From NCBI GenBank assembly GCA_963763775.1, contig CAVXPZ010000001.1, forward strand, positions 1,024,001-1,088,000: DNA of 64,000 nt, given 5' to 3'. Within the stretch, counting starts at the first letter, position 1, and the number at the start of each line of letters is the position of its first letter. Below the pieces are notes generated by a model. That model worked only from the letters and a program-made list of their open reading frames with translations. It made no database searches and was not told the DNA's origin. Below, piece after piece: positions 50,162-62,104 of the stretch. The position numbers were made by a program, and so were the translations under genes. Source of the DNA: an uncultured Chloroflexia bacterium (GTDB lineage: Bacteria; Chloroflexota; Limnocylindria; Limnocylindrales; CSP1-4).

Positions 50162-51196
50162 CTAGGCACGCACCTCCTGGCGCATGAAGAGCGCATACGC
50201 CGCCGCGAAGCACACGACGGTCAGCGCGACGAGGGCCACGGCCTGCGGCCAGACCAGCAGCATGCTCTGGTCGAGCGTCAGGAGCCCCGGGATCTGCTGT
50301 TGTGCCTGCTCCAGCTGGCCGATCGTCGCCGGCGTGGAGACCTGGGTCAGGTTCGGCTGCAGGATGACCGCGGACATCTCCTGGTACAGCGTGCTCGGCA
50401 GGAGCCGCGTGATGAACTCCTGCGTCTGGTAGCTCCCCAGGATCTGGTCGTTCGTGGCCCCGGCTGCGGGTGCGAAGATGCCCGACACCAGCGTCGTGAT
50501 CAGCTGGCCGAAGATCGTCACGAGCAGCCAGACCCCGAACCCGATGAGGGCCGACGTCGCCGCACGGCGGATGACCACCGACAGCAGCAGGCCGAATGAC
50601 AGCCACAGGGCCACGTACAGGAACGTGGCGAAGACCCAGGCGGCGAGCCGCAGGATCTCCTGGCCATGCGGGACGATCCCGAGGCGCAGCATCCCGAAGC
50701 CGGCGATGAACGTCACGACGGCGACGAGGACCAGGCCGATGACGCCGAGGCCGGCCGCGAACTTGCCGTTGATCACGTCGTCGCGGTAGATCGGCTGGGC
50801 CAGGAGCCGCGGCAGCGTCCCCTCCGACCGCTCGCCGTTGACCGCGTCGAACGCGAAGGCCAGCCCGAGCAGCGGCGCCACGATCGCCACGAATTGGTCG
50901 ACCCGCAGGATCGCGATGTCCTGTGGGCCGAGGGTGAAGAGGGCCAGGAAGACGGCCGGGACGCCGGACGCCGCGCCGGCCACGGCCCGGATCCGGTCCG
51001 CGGCGAAGTAGAGCGGGATCGCCGCCGCCAGCCCCAGGACCACGAGCAGCACGACGAACCGGACACTCGTCACGTGATCGCCGAATTCCTTGGCCGCCAC
51101 GACGCGCCAGCCGGCGCTCGGGACGCGGCGGGCGTGGGCCGCCTCCACGGGCGACGGGACGGGCGTCGTCTCGACCGGGGTCGCCGCGGCGCTCAT
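50162..51196 (-). CDS. ABC transporter permease
   Basis: [37 protein letters not shown]. Confidence 0.9.
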   Translation of the reverse strand: MSAAATPVETTPVPSPVEAAHARRVPSAGWRVVAAKEFGDHVTSVRFVVLLVVLGLAAAIPLYFAADRIRAVAGAASGVPAVFLALFTLGPQDIAILRVDQFVAIVAPLLGLAFAFDAVNGERSEGTLPRLLAQPIYRDDVINGKFAAGLGVIGLVLVAVVTFIAGFGMLRLGIVPHGQEILRLAAWVFATFLYVALWLSFGLLLSVVIRRAATSALIGFGVWLLVTIFGQLITTLVSGIFAPAAGATNDQILGSYQTQEFITRLLPSTLYQEMSAVILQPNLTQVSTPATIGQLEQAQQQIPGLLTLDQSMLLVWPQAVALVALTVVCFAAAYALFMRQEVRA

Positions 51197-52228
51197 GCGG
51201 CCGTCCCGGTCGTCGGGCCGGCGGCGATCGCCCGGTCCGCGACCCCGCGGCGATGGAGCGCCGTGCGGTAGATGTCGTCGAGCGACGGCACGATCGGCCG
51301 GATCGCCGTGAGTCGCAGGCCGTGCTCGACGGCGGCCGCGAGGACGGCCTGCCGGACGCTCCCCTCCTCGGCCGCCGGCCGCACGGTCAACCGCCACGCA
51401 TCGGACCGCGGCTCGGGCGGCTGGACCGCCACGACGCCATGCAGCCCGCCGAGGACGCCTTTGGCGCGGGCGATGTCCGCGGGTGTCGCGAGCTCCAGGC
51501 CCACCTCGAGGGTGGCCGCGCCGTCGCCGAACAGGCTGGCGAGCCGGGCCACGGTCCCCTCGCCCACGAGCTTGCCCGCGGCGAAGATCCCGATCCGGTC
51601 GCAGACCGACTGGACCTGCGTCAGCAGGTGGCTGGAGAGCAGGATCGCCAGGCCGCGCTCCTCCACGAGCCCGCGGAGCAGGTCGAGGATCTCGACGACG
51701 CCGAGCGGGTCGATGGCGGTCGTCGGCTCGTCGAGGATGAGGATGTCGGGCGACTTCACGAGCGCGTCGGCGATCCCGAGCCGCTGGCGCATGCCCCGCG
51801 AGTACGTGTCGACGCGGTCGATCCGCCCGGTCGGTCAGGCCCACCTGGTCGAGGACCTCCACCATCGCGTCCTCCGCCTCGCGGCCGCGCAGGCCGTTCA
51901 GACGGGCCGTGTAGCGCAGGTTCTGGCGTCCGGTCATGCCCCCGTAGAAGCCCACGGCGTCGGGGAGGTACCCCACCCGGCGCTTGACCTCGCGCGGGTG
52001 GCGCGCCGGGTCCATCCCGGCCACGATCGCCTCGCCGCTCGTGGGCTCGGTGAGCCCGAGGAGCATGAGGATCGTCGTCGTCTTGCCCGCCCCGTTCTGG
52101 CCGAGCAGCCCGAAGATCTCGCCCGGCCGGACCTCGAGGTCGAGGTGGTCGACCGCGGTCAGCGAGCCGTAGCGCTTCGTCAGGCGGCGGGTCCGGATCA
52201 GCGGCTCGTCGCGTCCGTCGCGGCCCAT
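51193..52228 (-). CDS. ABC transporter ATP-binding protein; frameshift near 51815
   Basis: [28 protein letters not shown]. Confidence 0.9.
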
Positions 52229-52259
52229 GTCGTCTCCTCCCGTCCCGATGCCGCCGCGC

Positions 52260-53414
52260 CTATCGGCGGCCGTACCGGCGGAAGATCCAGCCGAGTCCGA
52301 TGAGGACCAGCACGATCAACCCGACCCCGACCGCGCCCCAGAGCAGGGAGGTCTCGACGGTCACGCGGATGTCGGCACTGGAGCTCGCGGCGTCGGCCGT
52401 CGCCTTGAACGTCGTGACGTAGTCGCCCGCGATCGCCTGGCTCGACGGCGTCAGCGTCGCGGTCACCTGCACGGACTGGCCGGGCGCGACATTGACGGTC
52501 GGCTGGTCGAAGGTGACGTCCCACCCGGTCGGCGTCGACGCGGTCATCTTCACGCCCTCGACGACGGCCGTGCCGTCGTTCTGGACGACGAGCGAGACCG
52601 CGGTCGCGGACCCCGCCGATGCCTGGGCATTGAGCCGCCCGTCGGGCGTCGTCAGCGTGAGCTTGTAGGAGCCCGTGATCTCGACCGCGAGGTCCTGGTG
52701 CGCGGTCCGCTGGCCGCTGGTCACGTCGACGGCGATCGGGTAGACCCCGGCGGTGACGCCGTCCGGCGCCGTGGCCGTCACCGAGACCGGCGTCGTGCTC
52801 CCGGCCTTGACGATCGCGCTGGCGGCCTGGCTCTCGGAGCTCACTTGCGTCGTGATCGTCCACCCGGCCGGGCCGGTCGAGACACCGGTGAACGTGAGGT
52901 CCTCGGCCGTGTCGTTGTGGAGCGTCAGGTTGAAGGTGAACGTGCTGGTCGAGGGGCCCTTCAGCTGCGGGAAGTCCGTGGTCAGGCTCACTTCGCCGGC
53001 CGCCTGCGGGTTGATCCGGATGTCGAGCGGCAGCACGGTGGAACCGCCGGAGGTGGTCGCGACGACCTCGATCCGGTAGGTCTTGGCGGTGGCGGTGGCG
53101 GGCGGGGTGACATCCAGGCGGACGGCCGTCGGGGCCTTCGAGGTCGTCTGGACCCCGTCGACGACGAACCCGCCGCCGAAGAGCGAGGCCGTCCAGTCCG
53201 TCGGCGTGCCGCGCACGGAAAGGTCGACGCGGGCGGGCGACGGCGTGTCGACGGCCAGGTCGAAGCTGACCTTGGTCCCGGGCGCCACGGCGACCGCTGG
53301 ATAGGGCGTCGTCAGGGTCACGGCATCGGCCGCCGACACGAGGGGCGCGCCGATGATCGACGACAAGAGCGTGACGAGGCCGAATGCGGCCAGGGTGCGT
53401 CCGAACCGAGCCAT
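52260..53414 (-). CDS. NEW3-domain (Ig-like repeat) membrane-anchored protein
   Basis: Signal peptide, three beta-sandwich repeats with P.GW, AIAGDY, C-terminal TM then FRRYGRR. Confidence 0.85.
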   Translation of the reverse strand: MARFGRTLAAFGLVTLLSSIIGAPLVSAADAVTLTTPYPAVAVAPGTKVSFDLAVDTPSPARVDLSVRGTPTDWTASLFGGGFVVDGVQTTSKAPTAVRLDVTPPATATAKTYRIEVVATTSGGSTVLPLDIRINPQAAGEVSLTTDFPQLKGPSTSTFTFNLTLHNDTAEDLTFTGVSTGPAGWTITTQVSSESQAASAIVKAGSTTPVSVTATAPDGVTAGVYPIAVDVTSGQRTAHQDLAVEITGSYKLTLTTPDGRLNAQASAGSATAVSLVVQNDGTAVVEGVKMTASTPTGWDVTFDQPTVNVAPGQSVQVTATLTPSSQAIAGDYVTTFKATADAASSSADIRVTVETSLLWGAVGVGLIVLVLIGLGWIFRRYGRR

Positions 53415-53756
53415 CCCGAGCGGTACCTCCTCCATCAAGCGTGCGCCGTCAGCGACACAGACGGCGGGAGTCTGCGGTGCGGAACGGGGTGGATTCAACC
53501 AACGGAAGGTGAAGACTCCTGAACCTTCCGGCCGGGTCGGTTGACGGGATGACCGTCGTCGCGCATCATGACGGGGTCACCGGTCCGCAGCGACGGCCCC
53601 GGTCGAGCGCCTCACAGAGGGACGCTCCCGGTTCGCCGCCCGGGCCACCAAGAACCACTCCGGCGATGAAACACGCCGTGGAGTGCAGCACCGGACGCGT
53701 CGTCGTCGGCCCATCACGCCGAGCGAGACGCCCCAGAAAGAACGATCAGTCACACC

Positions 53757-53954
53757 ATGTTGTCAAGAACCGCTACCTCGTCCGTCGCCGGACGTGCCAC
53801 GGCCATGCGCCGGCTTCGCCGCCGCGCTTCCGGGGCTGTCGCCAACCAGCGTTCCTATTGCGGGACGAACGGCTGCGCCAGCTTCCTCGAACTCGATCCC
53901 GGGACCGGGGTCGAGCGCTGCCCCATCTGCGGGTTCGTGCGCCGCACGCACTGA
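53757..53954 (+). CDS. Small zinc-ribbon protein
   Basis: 65 aa, C-x4-C (CGTNGC) and CPIC; basic N-terminus. Confidence 0.6.
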   Translation: MLSRTATSSVAGRATAMRRLRRRASGAVANQRSYCGTNGCASFLELDPGTGVERCPICGFVRRTH

Positions 53955-54032
53955 CGCGCGCGGCCCGATCGGGCCCGTATCGCCCGCCGGGATGACCGGC
54001 CCGGACCGTCGCCGGGCTGCCATCCTAGGCCG

Positions 54033-55402
54033 ATGACCCCCGAACGCCGCCTCGACCGAGCGCGCCTGGCCGAGCTCCACGCCGCCGAGCGGGCGACGTT
54101 CGCCCGCGAGCACCCGCGGTCCGCCGCGCTCCACGACCGAGCCAAGGGCTCGCTCCTCGAGGGCATCCCGATGCCGTGGATGACCAAATGGGCCTCCCCG
54201 TTCCCGCTGTTCGTCGAGTCCGCGTCCGGCGCGTCCTTCACTTGTGTCGACGGTCACGACTACGTCGACTTCTGCCTGGGCGACACCGGGGCGATGGCCG
54301 GCCACGGCCCGGCGCCGACCATCGCGGCCGTGGAGCGCCAGATGCGGCGCGGGATCACCCACATGCTGCCGACCGAGGACGCCGCCTGGGTCGGCGAGGA
54401 GTTGACGCGCCGGTTCGGGCTCCCGTCCTGGCAATTCGCCCTGTCCGCGACCGACGCGAACCGCTTCTCCCTGCGACTGGCGCGGCACATCACCGGCCGC
54501 TCGAAGGTCGTCGTGCACGACCACTGCTACCACGGGTCGGTCGACGAGGCGATCGGCGAGCTCGATGCCGACGGGCCACGTCGTCCCGGTCTGGGGATCC
54601 GTCGGGCCGGCCGTCCCGGTCGCGGAGACCACGCGGATCGTCGAGTTCAACGACATCGCCGGCCTCGAGGCGGCCCTCGCCGATGGCGACGTGGCGGCCG
54701 TGCTCGTGGAACCGGCCCTGACGAACGTCGGGATCGTGCTCCCCGAGCCGGGCTACCTCGAGGCGATGCGCGAGATCACGCGTCGCACCGGGACGCTGCT
54801 CATCAACGACGAGACGCACACGATCTGCGCCGGCCCGGGCGGCGCGACCCGCGCCTGGGGCCTCGAGCCGGACATGCTCGTCATCGGCAAGACGATCGGC
54901 GGGGGCATCCCGTCCGCGGCGTACGGCTTCAGCGCCGAGGTCGCGGCACGGGTCCACCGCTCCATCGAGGTCGCCGATTCGGACGTCGGCGGCATCGGCG
55001 GGACGCTGGCCGGGTACGCCCTCTCGCTCGCGGCCACCCGGGCGACGCTCGGCGAGGTCCTGACCGAGGACGCCTTCGAGCGCATGATCCCGCTCGCCGT
55101 CCGCTGGGAGGCGGGCGTCAACGCCGCGCTCGCGCGCGCATGACGTGCCGTGGCACGTGACGCGGCTCGGCGCACGGGCCGAGTACCACTTCATGCCGTC
55201 GCCGCCGCGGACCGGCGCCGAGCAGGCCGCCCATGCCGACCCGGACCTCGAGCAGTTCCTCCACCTCTGGGCGATGAACCGCCGCGTGCTCATGACGCCG
55301 TTCCACAACATGGCGCTGATGTCGCCGGCGACCACGGCCGCCGACGTGGACCGCCATACCGAGGTGTTCGACGCCGCGGTCGCGGCCTTGTTCGCGGACT
55401 GA
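54033..55402 (+). CDS. Class III aminotransferase (GSA-like); frameshifts near 54575 and 55140
   Basis: YVDFCLGDTG, SATDANR, YHG, EPALTN, DETH, GKTIGGG. Confidence 0.9.
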
Positions 55403-55407
55403 GCCCT

Positions 55408-55869
55408 CTAGCGAGCGCCCTCGAAGGCGCGCTCGAGGCGCCGAGACTCGGCAGCGGGATCGAGCAGCATGCGGTGCTGCCGGTCGGTGGGCGCCTCGGT
55501 GTTGAGGTGCTCGATCGCGCGGTTGGTCTCGCGGACGATCCGGTCGAACTCCGAACGGAGGCGTGCCCGGCTCTCGACGGCCGCACGAGGCGCGCGTTCC
55601 AGGACCGCATCGCGCTGGGCGAGGAGCGTGCGGACCGACTTGTCCGCCTCGATCCACGGCGGGGCGTACCCCGCGCTCCGGAGCATGCGGTTGGCCATCG
55701 CCATGTTCCCGGCCAGCGCGTCGCCGTCGTCCGGCAGGGGCTCGCCCTGATGGGGCAACGCGTCGAACGCGCCGGACTCCATCGCCTCGCGGATCTGCCG
55801 CTCGATGAGGCTCTCCCACGAGGGGCCGACCTCGCGATTCCCCTCGCCGTCACGTCGGTACACGGGCAT
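55408..55869 (-). CDS. DUF1992 domain protein
   Basis: ESLIERQIREAMESGAFDALPHQGEPL, PPWIE. Confidence 0.9.
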   Translation of the reverse strand: MPVYRRDGEGNREVGPSWESLIERQIREAMESGAFDALPHQGEPLPDDGDALAGNMAMANRMLRSAGYAPPWIEADKSVRTLLAQRDAVLERAPRAAVESRARLRSEFDRIVRETNRAIEHLNTEAPTDRQHRMLLDPAAESRRLERAFEGAR

Positions 55870-55930
55870 GCCGATAGCGTATCGCGGACGTGACAGACGA
55901 GCTGGCACGCCCGGTCGGTATCGTGGTCGT

Positions 55931-58900
55931 GTGCAGACGATCGATGGCCGCCCGGTCTATGCGGCCACGGATCTGGTCGCCTACCTGGCGTGCGACCACC
56001 TGACCCAGCTCGAACGTGCGGCCATGGCAGGCCTCATCCGGCGGCCACATGCGCGACGACCCCGACCTCGACGTCATCCGCAGGCGCGGCGTCGACCACG
56101 AGGCGCGGATCTGGGCGACCTGGAGTCCAGGACGCCACATCGTCGAGATCGAAAGGAGGCTCGATCGAGGACCAGGGCGATCGACTCCGGGCGGCCGCGG
56201 CGGAGACGGTCGACGCGATGGCGGGCGGCGCTGCAGTGGTCTACCAGGCCACGTTCTTCGACGGGACGCTGGCGCGGTCATGCGGACTTCCTGCTTCGCG
56301 TCGACGATGCGACCAGGCCGTCGATCTGGGGCCCGTATCAGCTACGACGTCGCGGACACGAAGCTCGCCCGCCATGTGAAAGCGAGCGCGGTCCTCCAGA
56401 TCTGCGCTACAGGACCAGTTCGACCGTGATCCAGGGCGTTCGTCCCGAGATGGATGCACGTCGCCCTCGGCGGAAGCGCTCGATCGTCGAGCGACTGCGC
56501 GTCGCCGACTTCATGGCCTACTACCGGCAGCGCCAAGGCGCGGTTCCTCGCCACGATGACGGACAGCGCGCCTCCCACCGATCCGCCGACCGGCACGTAC
56601 CCCGAGCCGGTGGACCACTGCGACGTCTGCCGCTGGGCAGCGGAGTGCTCCACCGCCGGCGCGCGGACGACCATCTCGCCTCGTCGCCGGGGATCTCGGC
56701 CCGGCAGCGGCGCGCCCTGACCGAGCACGGCGTCCCGACGCTGAGGCGCTCGGGGACCTGACCCTGCCGATGGAGCCCAGCCTCGAGGGGACGAGTACCG
56801 GCGCGCTCGAACGCGTCCACGAGCAGGCGCGATCCAGCTCGAAGGCCGTCGTGACGGGCGGATCCACTACGAGCTCCTGCTCCCGGAGGGGGATGCCGCG
56901 ATCGACCCGGAACGGGGCCTCGCGTCGCTCCCGACACCGTCGCCGGACGACCTGTTCTTCGACATCGAGGCCGACCCGTACGCGTTCGACGACGGCGCTC
57001 GACTACCTGTTCGGCGTCGTCGAGGTCGACGGGACGTTCCATGCCTTCTGGTCGCGCGATGCAGGCGGCGAGTCAGTCTCGCCGGCGAGCGGCTGCCTTC
57101 GAGGCGCTCATCGACTTCGTCGTCGAGCGACTCCAGGCCGCACCCGGACCTGCACCTCTACCACTACGGCGGATACGAGCCGACCGCCCTCAAGCGGCTC
57201 ATGAGCCGCACGGGACGCGCGAGACGAGGTCGACGCCTGCTCCGGGCGGCACCCTCGTCGACCTGCTTCGAGCGGTGCGCCAGTCGCGTCCGAGCCTCGG
57301 TCGAGAGCTACTCGCTCAAGCAGATCGAGACGTTCTACGGGTTCGGGCGCGAGATCGACCTCCGCCACGCGGGCCGGCATCGTCGGTCTTCGAGGAGTGG
57401 TCGAGCTCGGCGACGGCGAGCGCCGGCGGAGTCCACCTCGCCGGATCGGCGCGTACAACCACGACGACTGTCGTGAGCCACGTGCGAGCTGCGCGACTGG
57501 CTCGAGGCGCTCCGCGTCGAGCTCGCGGCCGCGACCGGACAGGAGGTCACGTCCGGGGCCGCGGCAGACCGACCTGCCGGACGAACCTCACAGACCCAGG
57601 CACGGGTGGAGATCCAGCGTGGTTCGACGGGCCGACCCGCGGTCGTGCCGATCGACCCGGCCGAACGCACCGAGGGGCAGCACGCACGCTGGCTGCTGGC
57701 GCAGCTGCTCGGTTGGCATCGGCGCGACGAGAAGGCGATGTGGTGGGTGTGGCACGGCTTCGGCAGACGCCCGAGGAGGACTCGTCGAGGAAACGCGCGA
57801 TCGGCGGCTTCGAACCGACGTCCGGCTCGACGAGTGGCGCAGGGAAGAGCGGGTGCGGCGATATCGGTTCACCGACAGGACCACAAGTTCCGCGTCGCGC
57901 AGCACGCCATCGATCGGCCGGAACAGGCCGCCCACGGCGATCCCTTCGGCGAGGATGCCGGCGAGATCGTCGCCATCGACGACCGTCCACGGGACGATCG
58001 ACCTCCGCGCGGTCCGAGCGACAGGCGTACCACCACCACGCGCGGTCGTCGCGTCGAAGCCGATCGGCAGTCGGCCGAGCCAGGCATCGCTGCTCGACCG
58101 GTGCGGAGTCGGTCGCTCGACGCAGGGCATCGAGGCGGACGGGCCGTATCGGCTGCCCGCGACCTTCTGCTGCGACCGGCCGCCGCGCGCCGGGGCAGGC
58201 CGCCGGGCGACCCTCGCCGGACCCGACGAGACGGACGCTCGACGCGGCTCGCCGACTGTGCCTTGGCCCTGGATGCGAGCGATCCTCGCCGATCCAGGGA
58301 CCGCCCGGCACCGGCAAGACGTACACCGGCGCGCGGATGATCGTCGCGCTCGTCCGAGGCAGGACGGCGGGTCGGCGTCACCGCGACCAGCCACAAGGTG
58401 ATCGCGAATCTGCTCCAGCAGATCTGGCGAGGCGGCCGAGCGACGAGCGGACGACGGTCCGGCCGATCCAGAAGTGCGAGCGCCAGGACGACGCGGCTCG
58501 ACGACCCCGACGTCGTGACCGTGACCAAGGACAACGCGGCCGATGTGCGCGGCGCTCGACGACGGCCGGCGTTCGACCTCGCCGCCGGGACGTCATGGCT
58601 CTGGGTCGCCCGGCCGGACATGGCTGGAGCCGTCGACGTCCTCTTCGTCGACGAGGCCGGCCAGATCTCGCTCGCGAACGTGATCGCGATGGCGCGGGCG
58701 GCGCGCAGTCATCGTGCTCCTCGGCGACCCGCAGCAGCTCGACCAGCCGCTCAGGGCGTCGCACCCCGATGGCGCCGGAGCGCTCCGCCCTCGAGCACCT
58801 TCTCGGGGACGCGACGACGATGCCGACGGACTCGCGGCCTGTTCCTCGAGATGACCTGGCGGCTTGCATCCGGCCGTCTGCGCGTTCACGTCCGAGGTCT

Positions 58901-59514
58901 TCTACGACGGCCGGCTCGTGACCCATCCCACCTCGGACGCCAACGCCTGGAGGCCGGTGTCACGACCTCGACGGCGCCGGGACCCGCTCGTCGGGTGGCC
59001 AGTCGTGCTGAAGCGAGACTCGTCGACGTCGGCGCAGGAGGCGCGCCACGTGGCGGACGTCGTGTCCCGCCTCGTCGGCAAGACCTGGACAGGAGCCGTG
59101 GCGCGCCGCGCCGCATCTCGTTGGCCGACATCATCGTCGTGGCGCCCTACAACGCCCAGCGTCGGCGGCGGTCGAGGCACGCCTCGGTGCCGGCGGCGCG
59201 CCCGTGTCGGGACCGTCGACAAGTTCCAGGGCCAGGAAGGCGCCGTCGCGATCTACTCGATGGCCAGCTCGAGCCGAGACGACGCGCCGAGGGACATGGA
59301 CTTCCTGTACAGCCGCAACCGCCTGAACGTTGCGGTCTCGCGCGCTCGTGGCGTCGCGATGGTGGTCGCGAGTCCGGCGCTCCTCGACGCGAGTTGCCGA
59401 ACGCCCGAGCAGATGCGGCTCGTTGACGCCCTGTGCCGCCTCGTCGAGACGGCATCCTCTCAGGAGCGCGACACCCTTGGCGGCATCGAGGTGCTGACGC
59501 TCGGCCTCGACTGA
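55931..59514 (+). CDS. TM0106-family RecB-like nuclease / SF1 helicase fusion; many frameshifts (errors or pseudogene)
   Basis: ATDL..YLACDH, YQATF, DTKLAR, LFFDIE, YSLKQIE, QGPPGTGKT, VDEAGQ, GDPQQL, GTVDKFQGQE, RNRLNVAVSRAR. Confidence 0.85.
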
Positions 59515-59569
59515 GCCGCGCGGGACGAGCGGACGAGCGGCCAGGGGCCGCGCCTATCATCCGGCGACC

Positions 59570-60823
59570 ATGGAAGGGATCCTCACGCTTCCCGAGCCGC
59601 GCCTGCAGGCGTTGCGCCGTCGCACGGTCTGGTCGCTCGTGGCCGGCGTCGCGCTCGGGAGCACCGGGCACATCGCCGCGGTCACCGTGTCGTCGATCGC
59701 GGCCGAGAGCCTCGGCGGCTCGGCGATCTGGGCCGGCGTGCCCGGGGCCGCCGTGGTCCTCGGGGCCGCCGGCGGCGCCTTCGGCCTCGCCAACGTCATG
59801 GTCCGGCGCGGACGCCGGTTCGGGCTCAGCCTCGGCTACTCGATCGGGGTGCTCGGGGCGCTGATCGCGGTCGTGGCGATCGTCGGCGGGTCGCTGCCCG
59901 GCATGCTCGTCGGGACGGTCCTCGTCGGGTTCGGCAACGCCTCGAACCAGCTGTCGCGGTACACGGCCGCGGACCTCTACCCCGACCACCGGCGAGCCTC
60001 GGCGATCGGCCTCGTCGTGTGGGGCGCCACCGTCGGCGCCGTGGTCGGACCGAACCTCGTCGCGCCGTCGAGCGACTTCGCGATGTCGATCGGCCTGCCC
60101 GAGCTCGCCGGGCCGTACCTGGTCCCGATCATCTTCGTGGGCGCGGCCGCGATCCTGAGCTTCGTCCTCCTGCGACCCGACCCGTACCAGCTCGCCGATA
60201 CGTCCTCGCACGAGGATCTCGCCGCGACCCACGGGTCGTACGCGGCGTCCCTGGCCTCGGTCCTGCGGCGTCCGCACGTCTCGGTCGCCGTCGTGGCGCT
60301 GGTCATCGGCCAGGTCGTGATGACCCTGATCATGACGATGACCCCGATCCACATGACGATGCACGGCCACGGCCTCGGCGACGTGGGGATCGTCATCAGC
60401 GGGCACACCTTCGGGATGTTCGGGCTCTCGCCGATCTCCGGGCGGCTCACCGACCGGTTCGGGAGCCCGCCGGTCATGTTCGCGGGTCTCGGGACGATCG
60501 CGGCCGCGTCGCTGATGGCGGCGGTCGCCCCGCCGGACGGCGGCCTGCTCCTCTTCCTGGCGCTCTTCCTGCTCGGATACGGCTGGAACCTCGGCTACGT
60601 GGCGGGGTCCACCCTCCTGACGACCGGCCTCGGCCTGGCGGAGCGCACGAGGGTCCAGGGCTTCACGGACGCGCTGATCTGGAGCTCCGCCGCGGCGGCG
60701 AGCCTGACCTCCGGCATCGTCCTCGCGACCGCGGGCTTCGCGACGCTCGGGCTCATCGGCGCCGCGATGGTCATCGTGCCCGCGTGGCTGATCCTCTCGC
60801 GCCGCGCGGCGCTCTCGACCTGA
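59570..60823 (+). CDS. MFS transporter
   Basis: About 12 TM segments, RRGRR, SRYTAADL, GRLTDRFG. Confidence 0.92.
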   Translation: MEGILTLPEPRLQALRRRTVWSLVAGVALGSTGHIAAVTVSSIAAESLGGSAIWAGVPGAAVVLGAAGGAFGLANVMVRRGRRFGLSLGYSIGVLGALIAVVAIVGGSLPGMLVGTVLVGFGNASNQLSRYTAADLYPDHRRASAIGLVVWGATVGAVVGPNLVAPSSDFAMSIGLPELAGPYLVPIIFVGAAAILSFVLLRPDPYQLADTSSHEDLAATHGSYAASLASVLRRPHVSVAVVALVIGQVVMTLIMTMTPIHMTMHGHGLGDVGIVISGHTFGMFGLSPISGRLTDRFGSPPVMFAGLGTIAAASLMAAVAPPDGGLLLFLALFLLGYGWNLGYVAGSTLLTTGLGLAERTRVQGFTDALIWSSAAAASLTSGIVLATAGFATLGLIGAAMVIVPAWLILSRRAALST

Positions 60824-62104
60824 TCAGCCGCCGCCGATCTCCCGCTGGACCCACGCCGCGAGGACCCGCGCGCAGTCCTCGACCTCGCGGAGCGGGACGT
60901 ACTCGTCGGCGCTGTGGGCCACCTTCACGTCCCCGGGGCCGAAGATCACACACGGTGTCCCGCCCACGTTGACGAACATCTGCATGTCGGCGCCGTACGG
61001 CTCCCCGAGGAGCGCGGGGCGACGGCCCGTGACGGCCTCGGCGATCGCGGCGAGACCCACGGGCAGCGGATGGTCGGACGGCACCCGAGCGGACCCGAAG
61101 CGGCCGCCGGTGATCTCGACGGTGGCGGGATGCTCGCGAAGGAAGTCGTCCTCCGCGCACGCGGCTGCGATGACCGCCCGCAGCTCGGCTTCCGCCTCCG
61201 CGGCGCTCTGCCCGAGCCGCACGCCGTACCGTCCGTCGGCCACGACCCGGTCGAGGACGGTGGACGCCCACTCCCCGCCCGACACGATCCCGACGATCGT
61301 CGGGTACGGGAGCCCCAGGACGGTCATCAGCGGATCGGTCTCGGCCGCGTTGCGTCGCGTCTCGTCCGCCTCGAGCGCGCGAACGAGGGTGAACAGCTTG
61401 TCGAGCGCGGACACACCCTCGCGGCGCTGCGATGCGTGGGCGGCTCGCCCCGGAACGGTCAATCGGAACGTGATCGCGCCGGCATGGGCCACGACGATGT
61501 CGAGGTTCGAGGGCTCCGGGATGATCGCGAGGTCCCCGGTGACGCCCGCACGGATCGCCGCCAGAGTCCCCTGGCCGCCGTCCTCCTCCGAGGGCACCAG
61601 CGCGACCACGAGCTCGCCGGCGAGCCGCGCCAGCTCGCCGGACGCACCGAGGGCGCGAACGGCCGCGAGGATCGCCGCCACGCCGCCCTTCATGTCGTTG
61701 GCGCCCCGTCCGTAGACGCGGCCGTCGCGGAGGTCGCCGTCCCACGGACCCGTGGTCCAGGTAGCAAGGTCCCCTGGCGGCACCACGTCGAGATGGCCCG
61801 ACAGGATCAGGCGGCGGCCACCCACGGCCCCGGCCCGTCCGATGACGACAGGGAGCGCGGTGCGGGCCATCTCCTCGCCCGGCCAGTCCCGGTCCGCGCG
61901 GACCGATGCCGGGTCCGGTGCGACCACGTCGACCGCCAGGCCGAGGTCGCGCAAGGCGTCGGCGGCCCAGGCGGCGACGGCCTCCTCGGAGCCGGTGATG
62001 CTCGGGATCCGGACCAGCGCCTGGAGGTCGGCGAGCAGTCGCCCGCGATCGACCGACCCGGCGACGGACGCCGCACCTTCAGCCAGGCGCTCCACGTCAG
62101 CCAC
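60824..62104 (-). CDS. ArgE/DapE family M20 deacylase
   Basis: SGHLDVVP, GRGANDMKGG, SEEDGG, EP, AHSADE. Confidence 0.92.
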   Translation of the reverse strand: MADVERLAEGAASVAGSVDRGRLLADLQALVRIPSITGSEEAVAAWAADALRDLGLAVDVVAPDPASVRADRDWPGEEMARTALPVVIGRAGAVGGRRLILSGHLDVVPPGDLATWTTGPWDGDLRDGRVYGRGANDMKGGVAAILAAVRALGASGELARLAGELVVALVPSEEDGGQGTLAAIRAGVTGDLAIIPEPSNLDIVVAHAGAITFRLTVPGRAAHASQRREGVSALDKLFTLVRALEADETRRNAAETDPLMTVLGLPYPTIVGIVSGGEWASTVLDRVVADGRYGVRLGQSAAEAEAELRAVIAAACAEDDFLREHPATVEITGGRFGSARVPSDHPLPVGLAAIAEAVTGRRPALLGEPYGADMQMFVNVGGTPCVIFGPGDVKVAHSADEYVPLREVEDCARVLAAWVQREIGGG

